From positions 1 through 64,000 of the IMG/VR virus record IMGVR_UViG_3300023184_000027: 64,000 nt of DNA; one strand, 5' to 3'. Of this stretch, positions 27,534-38,183 are shown one piece after another (the first letter of the stretch is position 1; every line of letters begins with the position of its first letter). Made by a program: the position numbers and the translations under genes. The notes below the pieces were generated by a model. The model had not been told where the DNA came from, did not search any database, and saw nothing but the letters and a program-made list of their open reading frames with translations.

Positions 27534-28214
27534 TCATAAATCAGACGATTTATTTATAACATGATATTTTAATTTACTTTCTAAATAAGCGGTTTTAGCC
27601 TCAAGTTCTGTGTTAAAAACACCTAAATAAATTGATTCCCCTTTAATTCGTAAACAACCAACCCATTTATTAAGATTTTTTCTATACGAATAACCTTTCG
27701 CACCTCTATTAAATGTGTTTTCTTGATTAGAAACATATCTCAAATTTTCTAATTTATTATTTTTAGGATTTCTATCAATATGGTCAACTAATAAATTTGA
27801 TGGACCAACAAATGATAACATAACTAATCTATGTACCGAAAATAACGTGGGTTTATTATTTTCAGATAAATTTACTTGATAATACCCTCTATTACTAAAA
27901 CGAGGCGATAATATTTTCCCCTTATATTTTTGAATTTGACCCTTTTTATTTTCAATAATTCTATTTAAACTTTTTACTCTTCCCATATTACTTACTTGGT
28001 AAATATTTTCATAATTAGGGATATCTTTCCACTCTTCATCAAGTAAATTATTTTCAAGGTCTTTTTTAATTGAATAGTATTCATCTAAAGCCTCGATTAT
28101 TCTTTCTTGCGTTAATGGTTCTCCGGAGAGTCTTTCATTAAAAAATTCTTTTGATGTCATAATATTATTATATTGGTTTATAATAAAAATACACAATGTG
28201 TAATTAGTTGTCAA
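27534..28214 (-). CDS. NUMOD4-HNH homing endonuclease with AP2-like C-terminus
   Basis: EEWKDIPNYENIYQVSNMGRVKS, VHRLV, DHIDRNPKNNKLENL, IYLGVFNTELEA. Confidence 0.9.
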   Translation of the reverse strand: MTTNYTLCIFIINQYNNIMTSKEFFNERLSGEPLTQERIIEALDEYYSIKKDLENNLLDEEWKDIPNYENIYQVSNMGRVKSLNRIIENKKGQIQKYKGKILSPRFSNRGYYQVNLSENNKPTLFSVHRLVMLSFVGPSNLLVDHIDRNPKNNKLENLRYVSNQENTFNRGAKGYSYRKNLNKWVGCLRIKGESIYLGVFNTELEAKTAYLESKLKYHVINKSSDL

Positions 28215-28310
28215 TTAAATGAAATATATTACCAATCACCGCAAGATGAACCCCAATTTTTAGGGTTTATATTACCACCAAAAGTAATAAACCCCCAACA
28301 ATGTGAGGGT

Positions 28311-28478
28311 TTATTTTTTTTTCATTATTTCTCTTATTTCCATCTGTAATTCATGTAGTTCAGGGTCAGTCATGAGTAAATAACGAGACTTAATATCCCG
28401 ATAATTATTCCGGATATCATTAGTCGTCCACTTTAGGAACAGAATCATCAAATCAATTTTTATTTTCAGTTTTCTCAT
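28311..28478 (-). CDS. Small protein (55 aa, not in ORF track)
   Basis: MRKLKIKIDLMILFLKWTTNDIR...; a paralogous copy exists at 29077-29201. Confidence 0.5.
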   Translation of the reverse strand: MRKLKIKIDLMILFLKWTTNDIRNNYRDIKSRYLLMTDPELHELQMEIREIMKKK

Positions 28479-29076
28479 CTCTAAAGATATCGCAAATTGT
28501 TAAAACACAAAAAATAACCAACAATAAAATAAACCCATACAATGGGAATATTGGTTCAGATATCACGACTTTTATGTTTATAGATTAGGGAAGATTAGTA
28601 TATCTTCATCCGATAAATACTCCTCATCATCAATTTGTTCCATTTTTTGTGATATTATTTTAAGTTTTTTACTATTTTTATGTTTTTTTATCTAATATTA
28701 CCTTTTTTTGATTAAAATATAACAGAAAGAACCCCATATATTACCAAAAACACAACAAAACCGGCAACACAACCTTTATAAAATTCATTACTTGAATTAA
28801 CATCTAAAGGAATTTTACCCTTCCATTTTTGTCCATCACATAAAACATTCCAATAATTTTTAATCATTTCATCAACAACAAAATCATCATTGTTTTTTAC
28901 TTTTTTATCCATAACTTTTATTTTTTAGACTCCCCAATAACTAAAAAAACAATAATACCTAACACGAACCATACATTAACAAAATATGTTAACCCCGAGC
29001 ACAATATTGTTAAAATATCATATTTATTTTTTAATATAAATTGTTTTATTTTATTCATTAACCTTAAATTGTATTG

Positions 29077-29201
29077 TTATTCTTTTATATCCAAACCAAC
29101 CATCAACAACAACAGTTCTAAATTCAATTCTTTCGTATATCATTGATTGTCCATTTTAAAAATAGAGTAATTAAGTCAATTTTTATTTTTAGGTTTCTCA
29201 T
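29077..29201 (-). pseudogene. Frameshifted paralogue of 28311-28478
   Basis: MRNLKIKIDLITLF* then KWTINDIR in a shifted frame (one T missing). Confidence 0.55.
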
Positions 29202-29219
29202 CTCTTAATATATCGTAAT

Positions 29220-29810
29220 TTAATTATGCACAAATAAAACTTTATTTATTTTAACCGGATTAGTTTTTGCTGCAATTTTTTCAACATAATATCCATCTGC
29301 TTCCGGTGCATATATATTATCCCAAGGAGTACTATTTATAATATCCATTCTTGTCATAAAACTTCCCTGGTCGATGTTGCTAACGATAGGATAGGAATCT
29401 AAAACTTGATAATTAAAACCATTATGAATTAGATTGCAATAAACCATCCCGCTATTATTTGATATTGCTGCATTTATCATTTCTTCTAAAAATACTGGCA
29501 TGTGATAATTATCATCATTAGCGTAAACAATCCAGTCCGCTTGTGGTTCTATTATTGCAGTTGCATGTCTATACGGATTTCCCCACCATTGAAGTCTTTC
29601 ACCATCATCAATAACAGTTATTTTATCACTGAGTTTTTCTAATTTATCTTTTAGTCCATCTATTAAAAAAGGCCCATCATGCCGTATAAATATTTCAAAA
29701 TTTTGATAAGTCTGAGCAAGTATAGAATGCACACTACAAAAAAGACTATTTAATCTATCCTCATTTTCATTTATATATGTTGTAAGAACAACTCTTATTT
29801 TATTATCCAT
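29220..29810 (-). CDS. Glycosyltransferase family 2
   Basis: SILAQTYQNFEIFIRHDG, YANDDNY. Confidence 0.8.
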   Translation of the reverse strand: MDNKIRVVLTTYINENEDRLNSLFCSVHSILAQTYQNFEIFIRHDGPFLIDGLKDKLEKLSDKITVIDDGERLQWWGNPYRHATAIIEPQADWIVYANDDNYHMPVFLEEMINAAISNNSGMVYCNLIHNGFNYQVLDSYPIVSNIDQGSFMTRMDIINSTPWDNIYAPEADGYYVEKIAAKTNPVKINKVLFVHN

Positions 29811-30176
29811 TTATTATTATATTGTTTTATTTGTTTCACACACACAGTTTCCGTCACCCCCTTTAGCTGGGTTGCAAACGCATTCTTTTTTTTCTTTAAC
29901 TACTCCGGTAATTAGAGTATATCCCTTGAATATCTCTAATAAAGATTTTATTTCATCAACTCTACCTTCACTATTGTGAATGGTGATAGTTTTATCTTCG
30001 TGATTTATAGTATGTCTCATGTCAAAATTATTATATATAGAATAATAATGAATATAATCTCACCAATCAATATTTTGGAAGCCAATCTACATTGTTTCCC
30101 TAATCTAAAATATTCCGCTCTTGTCATCTTACAATAAATTGAGTACAAAGATATTCATTTATTTTTAATTATCAAA

Positions 30177-30893
30177 TTATTTATGGAACTCTATTATCTT
30201 CCATTTACCTTTACGAGTTTCAACAAGAGCCGTACAATTCTCACACCAATCCCCACTATTCATATAATTACCCTTAAGTTCCGGTTGGTGTATATGCCCA
30301 CACACAGCAACATCACATTTTTTTTTGTAAGCCAATAAGATTGCGTTATGTTCAAAATCATTTATGAAATTAACGGCTTTCTTAACACCATTTTTTATAT
30401 CTTTGGAGATGGAATAATAAGGTAATTTTCTCATCTCTCGATATTTGTTGTATATTCTGTTCATCCATAGAGCAAAGTCATAACCCATTGAACCAATCTT
30501 CGCCAACCATTTTGCTTTGGTAATAAACACATCTAACACATCTCCGTGAAACACATACATTTTACGACCATCAACCGATGTGAATGTATAGTCCTCATCT
30601 ATTGTGATGTTAGATAATTTGAATGGTATAAAATCTTTAATAAAATCATCGTGATTACCTCTGAGCCAAACTACATTCACATCTTTCTCACTCATCTTCA
30701 TTATCTTTCTCAACACTTTGGTATGACTTTCTTTCCATTTCCCCCCTCTATTTAGAGCCCAACCATCAATGATATCACCATTCAATATTAATGTCTCTGT
30801 GGTGTTCTTTTCAAGGAATGCGATAACATCATTGGCTCTACTTGATTTGGAACCCAAGTGTATGTCCGATAGAATTATTGTTTTATATTTCAT
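30177..30893 (-). CDS. Calcineurin-like metallophosphoesterase (PlcP / UDP-2,3-diacylglucosamine diphosphatase-like)
   Basis: SDIHLG, GDIIDGW, GNHDD, HGD, CGHIH, NSGDWCENCTALVE. Confidence 0.85.
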   Translation of the reverse strand: MKYKTIILSDIHLGSKSSRANDVIAFLEKNTTETLILNGDIIDGWALNRGGKWKESHTKVLRKIMKMSEKDVNVVWLRGNHDDFIKDFIPFKLSNITIDEDYTFTSVDGRKMYVFHGDVLDVFITKAKWLAKIGSMGYDFALWMNRIYNKYREMRKLPYYSISKDIKNGVKKAVNFINDFEHNAILLAYKKKCDVAVCGHIHQPELKGNYMNSGDWCENCTALVETRKGKWKIIEFHK

Positions 30894-31603
30894 TATGTCC
30901 AGTAATTATGTTCCTTTGTGAAGAACTCATCATTATTTCTATTAAACCAAGATTTAATCATCATCTTAACCATATAGAATAATCCTTTATTCTTAAATCT
31001 TCTTGATGTGGTATAAACAATTTCGTTATCCACATAAAACTTATTTGGTGTTATTTTTGAACTTAAATGGTAATCCTCGGCGAACTTATCATCCGGATTA
31101 AATCCTCCTAATGAATTAAATGCCTCTAAATTAAATAACATAAATCCCCCTACAGCAAATGGTGTGGTGAATTTGGTTAAGTATTGGATAACATCAAATG
31201 ATTTATATACATAATTGTAATGTCCATCATCTGTTCTCATTTTAGTTGTGGATAAATGATAATCGTTGTTTTCCATTATCTCAATCATATGAGATAATAA
31301 ATTAAAGTCGGTAATGAATATATCAGCATCCAAAAATAAAACATAAGGAGTTTTTATCTTTTTGGTTCCGTTGTTTCTGGCTTCAGCTGGAAATCCACCT
31401 TTAACTATTTTTACATTAATGTTATTATGAAATGAATGAAGAATACAATTCTGTGTGAATCCGTTGTCTGTTGAAGAGTCGGCAACCATTACATTCACAC
31501 CTTTGATATTATTTTGCAGGTTTAACAATCCTAAAGTTTTCTTTATGATTAAACCCTCGTTTTTACAGGGTATTACTATCGTTAAATCCTTACTTAAACT
31601 CAT
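30893..31603 (-). CDS. Glycosyltransferase family 2
   Basis: IVIPCKNE, DSSTD, ARNNG, FLDAD, GGF....AED, TSRRF. Confidence 0.9.
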   Translation of the reverse strand: MSLSKDLTIVIPCKNEGLIIKKTLGLLNLQNNIKGVNVMVADSSTDNGFTQNCILHSFHNNINVKIVKGGFPAEARNNGTKKIKTPYVLFLDADIFITDFNLLSHMIEIMENNDYHLSTTKMRTDDGHYNYVYKSFDVIQYLTKFTTPFAVGGFMLFNLEAFNSLGGFNPDDKFAEDYHLSSKITPNKFYVDNEIVYTTSRRFKNKGLFYMVKMMIKSWFNRNNDEFFTKEHNYWT

Positions 31604-33192
31604 ATACTAATATCATCTAATCTGTAATTAACATTTTCATTTACTACATCATAATCAGGTGATGGATACCATCTATCATCAGGACTATAATCAGGTTTTT
31701 CTATATAATCTTCTGAAATTAATGTATCAAGGACACCTTCTAAATTATAACTCCTATCTCTATTTAGATTATCTTCAAATATTACATCAATATCTTCATC
31801 ATCAACATCAACTAAACTACTTAAATCAATTTGGATTTTGGCTCCATCACTATTAAAGAAAAACACATTACCATAAAACTCTAACGCCGATTTTATTTCA
31901 TCCTGTAAATGATTAACATAATCATCAGCATCAGCATCATTTATTGCACTACCAATAGCATTTTTAATTTCATAATCATTATCAACCTCATTTATCGCAT
32001 CCTCTAAATCTAATTCCTCATCTAATTCTACACCATCTCTTTGAGCCATGTCTCTAACAATCGCCCATATCTTTTCTTCGGTTGGTTTATCCATTACATA
32101 TTGGAAATAAGAACCCAAATCTTCATTATCGTGATTACCCCATAAATTCCAAGCATCACCTTCCATTATCTCTTCAAAAATACTAACCCTTTTTACCACA
32201 CCTGTTGTTCTATTGGTATAACTATTGTAAGTTCCCCCATCAATATACCTGTGAAAATCATCCGGAGTAATATCTAATACTAATGTTGTTGAGAGTGGTT
32301 GGATATCAACAATTCCCATCTTACCTAACAATCGTTGCATGGCTCTTGATGAGAATAACTCCGGTCTATTTTGATATAAATCTTTGATTGTTTGTTCAGG
32401 TAAATCGGATAATTTAAAGTCCTGTTCTGATGCGTATTCCGTTCCAAATCCCTCAATTAAATATCTTGTACCAGGTTCAGGTTCTCCTCTCTCATAAAAT
32501 AAGGGTAAAATATATTGATGATATTCATCTTTTGGTTTAGAGTTCTTAACACCCTTTAATTGATATAAAATACCATCCTCACCGATTGCGGCAGTTAAAA
32601 CCGATTTATTTAATTTATATTTGTTGTTAATTGGAATTACTTGTCTTAATGAATAAAGATATCCGTAAGAACTTCTACCACAGTGTCCCATTCTTTCACA
32701 CTCTTCTTCAGAATTTTTTGTATCTAAATCTGCCCAATAAAATCCATTACCATCTTCATCTGTAAAATCTATTAGTGTTGGATGTGTCTCTTTATAATTA
32801 ATGGAACCCTGACCTACTTCTAAACTATCGTGCCATTCTTTTGATTTTTCGTATAATTCTTTGAATGGTAAATTTTGATATTCTTTTACATTACCATTAA
32901 GACCTACTCTAACCCAATCCATAACAGATTGTATCTTACTACGTTGCCCATCAATAAATCTATTAGTATTCATTTGAGTTATTAATTCCTGCCCTTGTTT
33001 AGCAATATTACCCCAATTTGCACTAAATTGTTGTTGATATTCCATCATTTTTTTACCCATCCAAACAGATAAAGGACCACATAACCTATCCAATAGTTCA
33101 GCATTTTCTTCGTTAAACCCAATCTTATCCAATAAGATTTGTTTCTTGGATGCTTCAGATATAATTTGTTTTATACTTTCTATTAATTTCAT
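31600..33192 (-). CDS. Leader-bearing protein with PcfJ-like segment and acidic C-terminal domain
   Basis: MKLIESIKQIISE; EWH...EECERMGHCG...YSLR...QLKG..N. Confidence 0.6.
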   Translation of the reverse strand: MKLIESIKQIISEASKKQILLDKIGFNEENAELLDRLCGPLSVWMGKKMMEYQQQFSANWGNIAKQGQELITQMNTNRFIDGQRSKIQSVMDWVRVGLNGNVKEYQNLPFKELYEKSKEWHDSLEVGQGSINYKETHPTLIDFTDEDGNGFYWADLDTKNSEEECERMGHCGRSSYGYLYSLRQVIPINNKYKLNKSVLTAAIGEDGILYQLKGVKNSKPKDEYHQYILPLFYERGEPEPGTRYLIEGFGTEYASEQDFKLSDLPEQTIKDLYQNRPELFSSRAMQRLLGKMGIVDIQPLSTTLVLDITPDDFHRYIDGGTYNSYTNRTTGVVKRVSIFEEIMEGDAWNLWGNHDNEDLGSYFQYVMDKPTEEKIWAIVRDMAQRDGVELDEELDLEDAINEVDNDYEIKNAIGSAINDADADDYVNHLQDEIKSALEFYGNVFFFNSDGAKIQIDLSSLVDVDDEDIDVIFEDNLNRDRSYNLEGVLDTLISEDYIEKPDYSPDDRWYPSPDYDVVNENVNYRLDDISI

Positions 33193-33253
33193 ATCACTAT
33201 AAATATATCAAAATTAAATAATAGGTTAATATATTTATTATAAAATAACCTTT

Positions 33254-33844
33254 ATGAAAATCCTTACACTATTATTACTTACTCTAATTACATTCACATC
33301 ATTCTCACAAAAAAAATTAAGAGATAGTGTTGTAATTAAAACTTCAATGTTTGAGATTGTTTATTCTGAGAAATTAGAACAACCTAAATTCATTCGTTAC
33401 ATCGTTCAGTGTTCAAATGGAACCGCCTCAAGAATCGGAATGGACTTCTATGTTTGTGACTCAATCAAAACATCCGACAATGGTGACTACGAGAACAATC
33501 AGTTTGATAAGGGTCATCTCGCTCCCGCCGCAGATTTTAATTGTGATAAAAAAACTTTATTCAAAACTTTTACCTATCTAAATTGTTCTCTACAACAAGA
33601 AAACTTAAACAGAACCACTTGGAGATTACTTGAGGTGAGAGAAAGAGAATTATCTAAAACAAGTAAAGTAGTTCAAGTAGAAATTAGATGTATTTTTGGA
33701 CCACAATCAATTAAATTACCATCCGGAGCAACAATACCAACAGCATATAGGAAAACAATAAAATACGATGGGAAAACAGAAGTATATTACTTCAAAAACG
33801 AAAAACCATTATCAACCGACTTTACCAAATATAAAGTAAAATAA
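33254..33844 (+). CDS. DNA/RNA non-specific endonuclease with signal peptide
   Basis: DKGHLAPAADF, TF.YLN..LQ...LNR..W..LE; hydrophobic N-terminus. Confidence 0.9.
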   Translation: MKILTLLLLTLITFTSFSQKKLRDSVVIKTSMFEIVYSEKLEQPKFIRYIVQCSNGTASRIGMDFYVCDSIKTSDNGDYENNQFDKGHLAPAADFNCDKKTLFKTFTYLNCSLQQENLNRTTWRLLEVRERELSKTSKVVQVEIRCIFGPQSIKLPSGATIPTAYRKTIKYDGKTEVYYFKNEKPLSTDFTKYKVK

Positions 33845-33874
33845 AAAAACCCCCTGAAATGGGGGTTTTGTTTT
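33843..33874. terminator. Bidirectional terminator
   Basis: AAAAAAACCCCC-TGAAAT-GGGGGTTTT. Confidence 0.75.
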
Positions 33875-34673
33875 ATATATTAAAGGAGAAGTGATTAGTC
33901 CCATCAAAATCAAAATACGCAATCACATCATCATGACCCCACACAAGTCGGATATATAAACTAATATCAGGATATAAATTACCGGAGTTCCCCGGAAATG
34001 TAATGGTGAGTTTTGTTTTATAACCTCTCATCCCACCAACATAACCTATCGTAGGAATATCATAATCACACTCAATTAATGTGCTAATAGACACGGAATT
34101 AACATACTTCGGATGGTATCGTTTTAATATCATCATAAAACTTTTGACTCCTGATACCATTATTTTATTTCCTTATCAAAGAAAACACCTTTCATATTTT
34201 TTAAGAACATAAGGATATTACTACGAAATAAAATCACAGGGCTTACCAACCAAAAAGTTAATGTTATAATACCAATACATAATAATCTAACATCGGATTG
34301 ATTTATAAAATATATTGACATATCAATTAATCCAACCCAAACAAGAAGGCAATATAGAACCCCAATAAATTTTAATACATTTTTCATCTTACTTTTCAAT
34401 TAACATATTTGTATTCGCCACCGGAACTCTTAATACCGGAATTACTGAAATCCCCGATTTTTGCATTACTTCGTAATACCCATTCTCAATCCTTACCGTT
34501 GGTACATTATCAAAGTAATATAATTTCTGCCCTTCAAATGCGGTTAAAAGGGTTACTGTTTTTTCTGTGCTATTAAATAGCAATACTTGATTCATCATTT
34601 TAATTTGTTTTTACAAAGATAACATAATTATCCCAATAATAAAACATTTTCACAAAAAAATAGATTAGAAGTT

Positions 34674-35279
34674 TTACCCAATTTTAGGTTGTAGTGGCGG
34701 GTCTAATAAAAATTTATCATTAATCCAATGTCTCAATTCGTTCTCAACAAAATATTCAGGGACTTCCTCGTCTTCTGATTTTTCTGTTGCTAACTCACTA
34801 ATATGTTTAGCGAATTTAATTTTATATTTATCGTCCAACATAGTCATTAATCCGTCAGATATGAAAAATATTTTAGAAAATGGGTCATCTAAATGTATTT
34901 CACCTTCAGCTACTTGGAAAGCCTTTAATATTAATCTACCCCAAAAAGTTTTATAACTTTCTGTTTCAGTTAAACTTGGTCGTAAAAGTTTGTTAACCGC
35001 TCTCATTGTACCGGCAATAATTCCCGGAATCATAAGTTGGGGTAAGAACCACGGCAATAATCTAATAGTTGTTTTTACACCACCTTCACCAACATGCTTA
35101 AACACTCTTCGTTTTGTTGCACTATCAACAATAGCCTTTAATTGTCCAAAAGTTATCTTACCTTGACTACTACAAAATCTCTCACTATCACAAATATTTT
35201 TAATGGTTGTTTTTGACGGATGTACATCTACAGTTTCAAATAATTTAATATATTGGGTTTCATTTACTATAATTCTCAT
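34674..35279 (-). CDS. Leader-bearing protein with hydrophobic segment (start corrected to 35279)
   Basis: MRIIVNETQYIKLFE; GTATTTATA upstream. Confidence 0.7.
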   Translation of the reverse strand: MRIIVNETQYIKLFETVDVHPSKTTIKNICDSERFCSSQGKITFGQLKAIVDSATKRRVFKHVGEGGVKTTIRLLPWFLPQLMIPGIIAGTMRAVNKLLRPSLTETESYKTFWGRLILKAFQVAEGEIHLDDPFSKIFFISDGLMTMLDDKYKIKFAKHISELATEKSEDEEVPEYFVENELRHWINDKFLLDPPLQPKIG

Positions 35280-35310
35280 ATTTATAAATACATTCATACT
35301 TTAAAATAAA

Positions 35311-36138
35311 ATGGAAAAAGATAGATTATTAAAACTTGTTAGTAGAAGCTCTAAATCATTCAAAGAGTTAACACCAACCCAAATTTATAATAAAATACAA
35401 TCAGACTCAATGTTTGAACCTTTGTTGTCTATATTACAACCTAACGATATTGTATTATATTGTTTTTTAGTTAATCAAAACCAATTAAAAAAAGATATTG
35501 ATGAGATGTATGACCGAATAACTAGTGGTCTATACGCTGTTCAAATTGCTGAAATAGATGAACAAAACCCTGAAGTGGATTGCTCATATTGTGACGCAGG
35601 TCTTACTAATTGTAGTAATTGTGATTCATCAGGTGTTATCCCTTGTAGTCAATGTGATGAAACCGGTGAAGTTCCTTGTCATTATTGTGAAGGGACTGGT
35701 TATGAAGATGATGATACCGAATGTGAATATTGTAAAGGTAGTGGTAATGAAACTTGCGATAAGTGTGATGGAGATGGTGAAGATGGTTGTCACTGGTGTG
35801 ATGATGGTTATAATCTTTGTGATGATTGTGGTGGAAGTGGTGAAATACCCGACTATGATTTAACATCAGTTGTCTATTCAGAGTTTGTATCTTGGAGCGA
35901 AGGTTGGAGAAATAATTTTGATACTTATGTTTCAGATGAAATCATTGATGACGATGATTACCACAATTTTATTGAGAATAATCAAACTTTATTACTTCAC
36001 TATGTTACACTCAAGAGCGAACATTATAAAGACTTTGAAGTTGGCGAATTACTTTTTGATGAATTAATATTTCAACCGACAGTCAGTCGAGCAGGAACAA
36101 TAGGAAATAAACTAGTAGTTAAAAACTTTAGACATTAA
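35311..36138 (+). CDS. Protein with DnaJ-type zinc-finger repeats
   Basis: Eight CxxC(xGxG) repeats. Confidence 0.8.
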   Translation: MEKDRLLKLVSRSSKSFKELTPTQIYNKIQSDSMFEPLLSILQPNDIVLYCFLVNQNQLKKDIDEMYDRITSGLYAVQIAEIDEQNPEVDCSYCDAGLTNCSNCDSSGVIPCSQCDETGEVPCHYCEGTGYEDDDTECEYCKGSGNETCDKCDGDGEDGCHWCDDGYNLCDDCGGSGEIPDYDLTSVVYSEFVSWSEGWRNNFDTYVSDEIIDDDDYHNFIENNQTLLLHYVTLKSEHYKDFEVGELLFDELIFQPTVSRAGTIGNKLVVKNFRH

Positions 36139-36139
36139 A

Positions 36140-36787
36140 ATGGAAAAACTTATTGGAATGTATTACAAATCCCTTAAAAAGCCAACAAACATAAATGGTC
36201 TTTTACTTTATCCATTCATGGAAGATGGGAATATAAGGTGGGAATATGATAACCAAAATAATGCATCATTTAATATTGATACAGTAGAAGGATATTTAGA
36301 ACAATTAATTTATGATTTTTTTAAATTAGTGGGTCTTGAACCTGATTTCAGAGAACTAACCCCAAAATATTGTAAAATAGATTCCCCTAAAATTTTATAT
36401 ATTACTAATGAATTAAAATCAAAACTTGAAAAGTCATTATCTAAAATAAATAAGATAAATCTTTTTGATGGTGGTCAATTTTTTAAATGTGATTCACAAA
36501 TGATTAATTGGGAATTAAAAAGACAGGACACCGAATCAGTATCTCTTTATGTTAGTTTTAAAATTTACAACTCATCTATAGATGAAAAACTTGTTAATAA
36601 TATTAATGCAAGTGAGTGGTTACAAGAATTTACTTATTCTGATGAGGCAATGGAAAGTGAAGAAGATGTGATACACGAAGCGACAAGTATCATATACAAT
36701 GAAAAAAATATATATGATAGTGATTATATGTATGTTAATACGGTACTAGATTATTATGATACTGAAGGTAATCCAATGCTTCGTTAA
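36140..36787 (+). CDS. Hypothetical protein
   Basis: 215-aa ORF coupled to the upstream gene. Confidence 0.65.
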   Translation: MEKLIGMYYKSLKKPTNINGLLLYPFMEDGNIRWEYDNQNNASFNIDTVEGYLEQLIYDFFKLVGLEPDFRELTPKYCKIDSPKILYITNELKSKLEKSLSKINKINLFDGGQFFKCDSQMINWELKRQDTESVSLYVSFKIYNSSIDEKLVNNINASEWLQEFTYSDEAMESEEDVIHEATSIIYNEKNIYDSDYMYVNTVLDYYDTEGNPMLR

Positions 36788-37149
36788 GTGAAATCAATAT
36801 CAACACAAACCATTGGTAACCATTTCTCAATTTCATCAAGAATATTATCCTTAATATCGTCTCCAATCCAACTTGGTAAATCTGTAATGTATTTCAAATA
36901 CTCCCAATCATCTTCAAAACCAACCTTAATTTCAATTGGTTCTACATAGATAGTTCCACTATATTTACAATTATTATATTTTTCAGTTTCCCAAATATTA
37001 ACACGGTCAATCTTATAAATCACAGACCAATCAACATAATCGTTACCAGTAGAATATGGCATCATATATTGTCCCTTAATAGTTATAACCTTACCAAATA
37101 ATCTAATGATTAACTTTTTAATTTTTTCTATTTTTTCTTCAGGATTCAT
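36784..37149 (-). CDS. Hypothetical protein
   Basis: ORF in operon. Confidence 0.6.
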   Translation of the reverse strand: MNPEEKIEKIKKLIIRLFGKVITIKGQYMMPYSTGNDYVDWSVIYKIDRVNIWETEKYNNCKYSGTIYVEPIEIKVGFEDDWEYLKYITDLPSWIGDDIKDNILDEIEKWLPMVCVDIDFT

Positions 37150-38183
37150 TATATGTAGTCAGGAAATATTTCATTTATATTTTCATTAATGTTATTATAA
37201 TCCGGATAATCAGGGATTCTAAAATCAAGACGAGGTTCTCCACCATCATCCATTAGTTCATTCATCATAGTTAACCAATTCCCTATATAATCAATATTAT
37301 ACTCATAACTTCCCCACAAATTTCTATCCCCAACATATTTTTTAATTGAGTTCTTAACTTCATTGGGGTTAAATTTGATATAATAATATTCAATAAGTTG
37401 GTCAGGATAATTTCTTTTAGGTTCTGATAACCATTGTGTTGAATTAGTATCAAAAAAAGTCTCTAATTCATTCATAACCATATCGTAAATTTCAGATTCT
37501 AACGCGTTATTATAAGCATTGTTATGAATGTTATATAATTCACTTTCTAAATCCTCTAAATAACCTTCATTCATCAAATAGTTCATTGATTCCTCATCAC
37601 CTATAACATCACCAACATTATCAGATTCTAAATAAAAAACACCCTCATCATCTACATAATTTTTAAATAAATCCGGACTATCGTCATCAACCTCAACCTT
37701 CCAATTGGTTAATATATCTAAAATATATGTTTTTAATAAGTTAACATTACTAGGATTTAATTCACTAATAACATCACGATAAACATCATCTGTTGTATTA
37801 TCATATGGATGCCAACTATCTTCACCCAATACCGATATTACTATCTGAGCTGTAGTTAAATCTCTACCTCTATCATCAAATAATACCGATAAATCTTCTC
37901 GGTCACCCATTTTTAAATAATAACCATCTTCTTTTTGAACAATATTTGATAATTGTTTTATACATTTTTGAAGAACCTCCTCACTACCTAATGTGTTAAT
38001 CATATAGTCAAGTAATTCTAGTTGTTCGTCCTCTAATTCACCAATAAATGGGTCAATTAAATGAATTAAGTTTTTAGTTTTGAAGAATCTTAATACACTA
38101 TTTATATCACCAAATATATCAACAAGATTATTAATTTCTCCTCCATTAAATTCCTCAACATATTTTAATAATTTATCTGCCAT
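37149..38183 (-). CDS. Acidic hypothetical protein, C-terminus similar to 31600-33192
   Basis: PDYNNINENIN vs PDYDVVNENVN. Confidence 0.7.
   Translation of the reverse strand: MADKLLKYVEEFNGGEINNLVDIFGDINSVLRFFKTKNLIHLIDPFIGELEDEQLELLDYMINTLGSEEVLQKCIKQLSNIVQKEDGYYLKMGDREDLSVLFDDRGRDLTTAQIVISVLGEDSWHPYDNTTDDVYRDVISELNPSNVNLLKTYILDILTNWKVEVDDDSPDLFKNYVDDEGVFYLESDNVGDVIGDEESMNYLMNEGYLEDLESELYNIHNNAYNNALESEIYDMVMNELETFFDTNSTQWLSEPKRNYPDQLIEYYYIKFNPNEVKNSIKKYVGDRNLWGSYEYNIDYIGNWLTMMNELMDDGGEPRLDFRIPDYPDYNNINENINEIFPDYI

Noticed and set aside
35558-35866. Overlapping Val-rich and His-rich ORFs
   Set aside because: Frame and antisense shadows of the CxxCxGxG repeats
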